Shown: one piece after another, positions 7,275 through 10,505 of the stretch
How positions within the stretch are numbered: position 1 is the stretch's first letter
Layout: each line of letters begins with the position of its first letter
From: Fibrobacterota bacterium
Lineage (GTDB): Bacteria > Fibrobacterota > Fibrobacteria > UBA11236
Direction: 5' to 3'
Assembly: GCA_043753995.1 (NCBI GenBank)
Contig: JAYUVP010000321.1
Coordinates: 1-10,505 of the forward strand
DNA length: 10,505 nt
The notes under the pieces: model-generated
Seen by the model: the letters and a program-made list of their open reading frames with translations, nothing else
Databases searched by the model: none
Told to the model about the DNA's origin: nothing
Translations under genes and position numbers: made by a program

Positions 7275-8401
7275 AGGCTCACCATTCTTTGCACATGGTC
7301 TTCGGGATCATAATCCCGTTTTAACTTGGCGAAGCCGCGCAATCCCAAAGCAGCACAAGTATTGTCGCGTAACATATTGACAAGCACGCGACGCAAATCT
7401 TCCGCGCTGCCCTGCTGAAATAAGAGCCCATTTTCGCCATCCTCGATCAAGTCGGGTATGCCGCCCACGCGAGCACCAATCAAGGCGCGCGCGCATTTCA
7501 TGCTTTCATAGGCGAACAGGGGATTATTCTCCAGCCATAAACTGGGTATGACGCAAGCGTCGGACTCAAGAATGAGATTGGGCACGGCTTGATTCGCGAC
7601 CTTGCCTAGAAAATGAACTTGTCCTTCGATTTTCCATTTGCGCGCCAGGGCTTGCAGGGCGGGCCTATAGGAACCGTCACCCGCGATAGTGCATTCCACC
7701 GGCAGGCCAGCCATGGCCTCCAGCACGAGTTGCAAGCCTTTTTCATTCACCAAGCGGCCCGCGAAGAAAAGCTTCAAAGATCGGCCTTGCAGGCTTGGAG
7801 GAGGCGCGGGCAAAGTCGCCGGAGCCGCCATAAAATAGGGCATGGCCAATGCCTTGGCTCCATAGGCACGACCCGCCCAATCCACCATGTGGGTCGAGGG
7901 GCATAAAAACAAGGACACGGTGCGGCGAAGCACGGCGACTTGCAGAACATTACGCACGAAATTCAGGCGCCTTTGCAAATTCAGAAAAGGCGTACGCGAT
8001 CGGTAGCAACGGCTATTGAAACAGCCCGCATGCAAATGCAATTCGCAAGGCTTTCCATCGGGGCGAAGGCCTAGGCCATCAGGGCAAAACAAGCCGACAT
8101 CATGCAAGGTGACCAAGGCTTTTTTTCCCAGCAGCTTGGCCGCCAGGGCGGGCATGAAGGAATAGACCAGATTGTATTTGTGAATATGCACGACATCGGG
8201 CCTATGCTTTAGGATAATGCCGAGAAACTTCAGCAAGTACCAGGGATTCGCCACGCGCGAGGCATAGTGCCATAGCCGAGGCTTGTCCCCCACAAAAAGG
8301 ACTTCATGCCCGGCGCTTTCAAGCAGGCGAATCAAGGCGAAGACATAGGTTTCAGCGCCACCATATTCGTGCTTATAATCATTGACGATGAGGACTTTCA
8401 C
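7262..8401 (-). CDS. Glycosyltransferase family 4 (GT-B) with a Cys-rich insert, 379 aa
   Basis: GTG start; 'GGAETY', 'PDVVHIH', 'VTLHD', 'FAGRLVNEKGL', 'IAGDGSYR', 'VHFLGKV', an intact EX7E in 'PSLWLENNPLFAYE' and 'VGGIPDLIEDGENGLLF'. Its 3' end overlaps the galE 3' end by 13 bp. Confidence 0.92.
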   Translation of the reverse strand: MKVLIVNDYKHEYGGAETYVFALIRLLESAGHEVLFVGDKPRLWHYASRVANPWYLLKFLGIILKHRPDVVHIHKYNLVYSFMPALAAKLLGKKALVTLHDVGLFCPDGLGLRPDGKPCELHLHAGCFNSRCYRSRTPFLNLQRRLNFVRNVLQVAVLRRTVSLFLCPSTHMVDWAGRAYGAKALAMPYFMAAPATLPAPPPSLQGRSLKLFFAGRLVNEKGLQLVLEAMAGLPVECTIAGDGSYRPALQALARKWKIEGQVHFLGKVANQAVPNLILESDACVIPSLWLENNPLFAYESMKCARALIGARVGGIPDLIEDGENGLLFQQGSAEDLRRVLVNMLRDNTCAALGLRGFAKLKRDYDPEDHVQRMVSLYGA

Positions 8402-8408
8402 GGCTGAA

Positions 8409-8418
8409 AAGCTAGTTT
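8409..8418. promoter_or_regulatory. Candidate overlapping bidirectional -10 elements (TAGTTT on +, TAGCTT on -)
   Basis: AAGCTAGTTT lies in the 33-bp divergent gap. Both TAnnnT hexamers share the TA at 8413-8414, and the minus-strand hexamer is 7 nt before the GTG at 8401. Confidence 0.45.
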
Positions 8419-8434
8419 GAGCGGCTAAAGCACC

Positions 8435-9103
8435 ATGGCTGAGCTAAGCGATCAGGACTACCTGAGTTATTTGCAGAACACCTATGGTGGCAAGGGTGAG
8501 AAATATTACCGCCAATTTCTTGGTTTGCCGGTGCAAAACTCCGGTGCCGTGCTCGATTGGGGTTGCGGACTGGGCGGCTTGCTGGAAACCGTAGCCCGCT
8601 CGGCTCCCAAAGCCGAATTGCATGCTGTCGATCTCAATCCCGAATGCGTCGCCACGGTTAAAACTCGGCATCCCGATTGGGACATTCGTCTTTTGTCCAT
8701 GCCGGGACTCCAAGCCCCGCATGCCGACTCCCAATTTGATAGGCTTTTTCTGCTCGACGTGATAGAGCATTGCCCCGAACCTTTGGCCTTATTGCGAGAG
8801 TGCCATCGCCTGCTGAAACCCGGCGGCGTGCTGACTTTGTCGACACCCGATCGCTGGGCATTCCATAAGCCTCGCCAGGGATTGGCGGCTAACCTAGCAT
8901 TCAATGTGAGGCATATGCTCCGCAAAGAATGGCTCGATCCCACCCATGTCACCGAATATACGGTTTGGGAATTACGCCAACTCTTGGCAAAGTCGGCTTT
9001 CGCTGGGCATGACCTGGATGCTTCGCCCTGGCGCTATGTTCCCTGGTTGCGGCCGCCCAAGCGCTATTACACCTTTGTCGTGAATCTACGGAGAGCTGGC
9101 TAG
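8435..9103 (+). CDS. Class I SAM-dependent methyltransferase (Methyltransf_11/23-like), 222 aa
   Basis: Motif I 'VLDWGCGLG', motif II 'AVDLN', 'FDRLFLLDVIEH', 'RLLKPGGVLTLSTP' and 'DPTHVTEYT', as in methyltransferases of glycan loci. Confidence 0.9.
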   Translation: MAELSDQDYLSYLQNTYGGKGEKYYRQFLGLPVQNSGAVLDWGCGLGGLLETVARSAPKAELHAVDLNPECVATVKTRHPDWDIRLLSMPGLQAPHADSQFDRLFLLDVIEHCPEPLALLRECHRLLKPGGVLTLSTPDRWAFHKPRQGLAANLAFNVRHMLRKEWLDPTHVTEYTVWELRQLLAKSAFAGHDLDASPWRYVPWLRPPKRYYTFVVNLRRAG

Positions 9104-9777
9104 TGGCCCGCATTCGCGACGACAAGCCCCGCCTTTCCTCAGCGGGCTACATGACAGCCACCGCCATGATCGCCAATTTGAATGACTTGGTGCGCCTTCA
9201 TTTGCAGCCTGCCCTCGACGCCAAAGGCGACAAAGCCCGCCTCCTCGACGTGGGCTGCGGGCAGTCGCCGTACAAAAAACTATTGCAGCGCTGGCCGCTC
9301 GTCGGTGTGAATCTCGACGCGGTGGACGCCTCGCCTGATGTGGCTGCCGATGCCCAGGCCTTGCCCTTTGCCAACGGCTCTTTTTCCGCTGTGGTCTGCA
9401 CCCAAGTCATAGAGCATGTTCCCCACCCGGAAATCATGTTGCGCGAAATCGCTCGTTGTTTAGAACCCGGCGGCTATTTGCTTTTATCCGGTCCCATGCA
9501 CTGGCCCTTGCATGAAGAGCCTTTCGACTTTTGGCGCTTCACCCGCCATGGCTTTCGGCGCCTTCTACAAGACAACGGATTTGAATTGATTGATTTGCGT
9601 GACGACGGCCATGCCATCGCCCTCGCGGTGCAAGCGGTGAATCATCTTTTTCGCGGCCCGATTTTCGCGCCTTTGCGCATGGGCTTGAACCTATTGGGAA
9701 CAGCGGCTGAAAATATTTTTGTTATTCGTCACAGCACACCGAATTTAAGCCTTGTCGCTCGTCGTCTGCCTTCTTAG
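9103..9777 (+). CDS. Class I SAM-dependent methyltransferase (Methyltransf_11-like), up to 224 aa
   Basis: 'LLDVGCGQSPY', 'DAQALPFANGSFSAVVCTQVIEHV', 'LEPGGYLLLSGP' and 'HEEPFDFWRFT'. The GTG start overlaps the upstream TAG by 1 nt (TAGTG, 9101-9105), suggesting coupling; an alternative ATG lies at 9151. Confidence 0.9.
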   Translation: MARIRDDKPRLSSAGYMTATAMIANLNDLVRLHLQPALDAKGDKARLLDVGCGQSPYKKLLQRWPLVGVNLDAVDASPDVAADAQALPFANGSFSAVVCTQVIEHVPHPEIMLREIARCLEPGGYLLLSGPMHWPLHEEPFDFWRFTRHGFRRLLQDNGFELIDLRDDGHAIALAVQAVNHLFRGPIFAPLRMGLNLLGTAAENIFVIRHSTPNLSLVARRLPS

Positions 9778-10505
9778 ATAAAGCCAACATGCGGCTGCGC
9801 CGCAACCCAGGCAAGCGGGAATTTCCGCCCAGAGAGAAGCATGCAACATGCCCACTGCTCCTTGCGAGACCACCCACCGCGTGCCCAAAAAGAATTTGAC
9901 GGCAATGGTGAAAACCAGGGCCAAGGCGGAAATCCATTGGGCATTACGGCCGATGACCAGGGACAGCCAGAGATAATTGAGCACCGAAAGCGCCAATAAA
10001 ATGCCCATGCCTGAAAGCAGCAATTGACCTGGAGCAAAGCCCGCTTGCCGATAAATGATTCCGAAAACCAGCTTGCCGAAGAGGAGCACGCCCAGCCAAA
10101 ACACCAAGGCCAAAGCGAGGTGGGCCCAAAGTGCCCGGCGTAAATCTCCCCAACCGGAATTCGGGCGATGCAGCCGAGGATACATATGCGACGAAAGGGC
10201 TTGCGCGAAAAAGATGCCCGAGAAAATCAAATTGTAGGCGGCGAAATAGGCTCCTACCGTCGCATGCCCGCTACCCCAATCGAGCAGCCACAAATCCATG
10301 CGCGACGAAAGATTTACGAGGAAGAGATAGGCGAGTGCCTGCACGAGAAATCGTCGTTCGCGAAGGAGCAAATCCCAGCCCTGGCGCCAATCGGGGCGGA
10401 TGCTGGAAAAGACTCGGGACAAAGGCCGCAAATAGGCCAGGCAAAGACCCAACATGGGCAGGACATAGGCAAGCAAGGTGCCGGATAGGCCTGGCTTCAG
10501 CCAAG
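9745..10505 (-). CDS. Wzx-like oligosaccharide flippase (polysaccharide biosynthesis / MOP superfamily), C-terminal part, 5'-truncated
   Basis: The frame stays open past the ORF-track TTG at 10476 to the window edge (...WLKPGLSGTLLAYVLP...). It has several TM segments and the Wzx-type motif 'SSRMDLWLLDWGSGHATVGAYFAAYNL' (cf. D..ll....g...vG.Y..A..l), plus C-terminal 'WVVSQGAVGMLHASLWAE'. It overlaps the methyltransferase 3' end by 33 bp. Confidence 0.75.
   Translation of the reverse strand, partial: WLKPGLSGTLLAYVLPMLGLCLAYLRPLSRVFSSIRPDWRQGWDLLLRERRFLVQALAYLFLVNLSSRMDLWLLDWGSGHATVGAYFAAYNLIFSGIFFAQALSSHMYPRLHRPNSGWGDLRRALWAHLALALVFWLGVLLFGKLVFGIIYRQAGFAPGQLLLSGMGILLALSVLNYLWLSLVIGRNAQWISALALVFTIAVKFFLGTRWVVSQGAVGMLHASLWAEIPACLGCGAAACWLYLRRQTTSDKA

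Noticed and set aside
8506..8952. 148-aa and 108-aa minus-strand ORFs within the first methyltransferase
   Set aside because: They are antisense shadows with a composition typical of non-coding frames in GC-rich DNA.
10476..10505. TTG at 10476 as the flippase start
   Set aside because: The frame stays open to the window edge and 243 aa is about half a Wzx, so the gene is truncated by the window rather than short or pseudogenised.
1..10505. CRISPR arrays, tandem repeat arrays, tRNA/rRNA, IS elements, integrases, defence genes; firm taxonomic assignment
   Set aside because: No such repeats or motifs were seen, and the window is almost fully coding with a largest gap of 146 bp. Gene content and weak SD usage hint at a diderm, possibly FCB-group organism, but this cannot be established without a search.

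Overview
Bacterial, gene-dense window (moderately GC-rich, roughly 55% by eye) with nine supportable CDSs, two cut by the window edges. The left part holds the 3' end of a DNRLRE/CBM96-like protein gene, convergent with a sigma-54 enhancer-binding protein gene (degenerate FHA-like, GAF, AAA+ with intact GAFTGA, Fis-type HTH). The rest is a compact surface-glycan locus: a YfhO-family (GT-C-like) polytopic membrane glycosyltransferase, two GT4 glycosyltransferases, galE, two tandem class I SAM methyltransferases and the C-terminal part of a Wzx-like flippase. The locus switches strand three times, with overlapping convergent 3' ends and a 33-bp divergent gap. The best candidate for an undescribed system is a Wzx + YfhO-dependent pathway that builds a methylated, lipid-linked glycan and transfers it outside the cytoplasm to an unknown acceptor, possibly protein. 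This is inference from gene content. Smaller sequence-level oddities are a symmetric bidirectional -10 element, a mini-ORF bridging two genes, a Cys4/His insert in one GT4 and a degenerate FHA domain. I saw no RNA genes, mobile elements or CRISPR arrays. All family calls come from motif recognition, not database searches.
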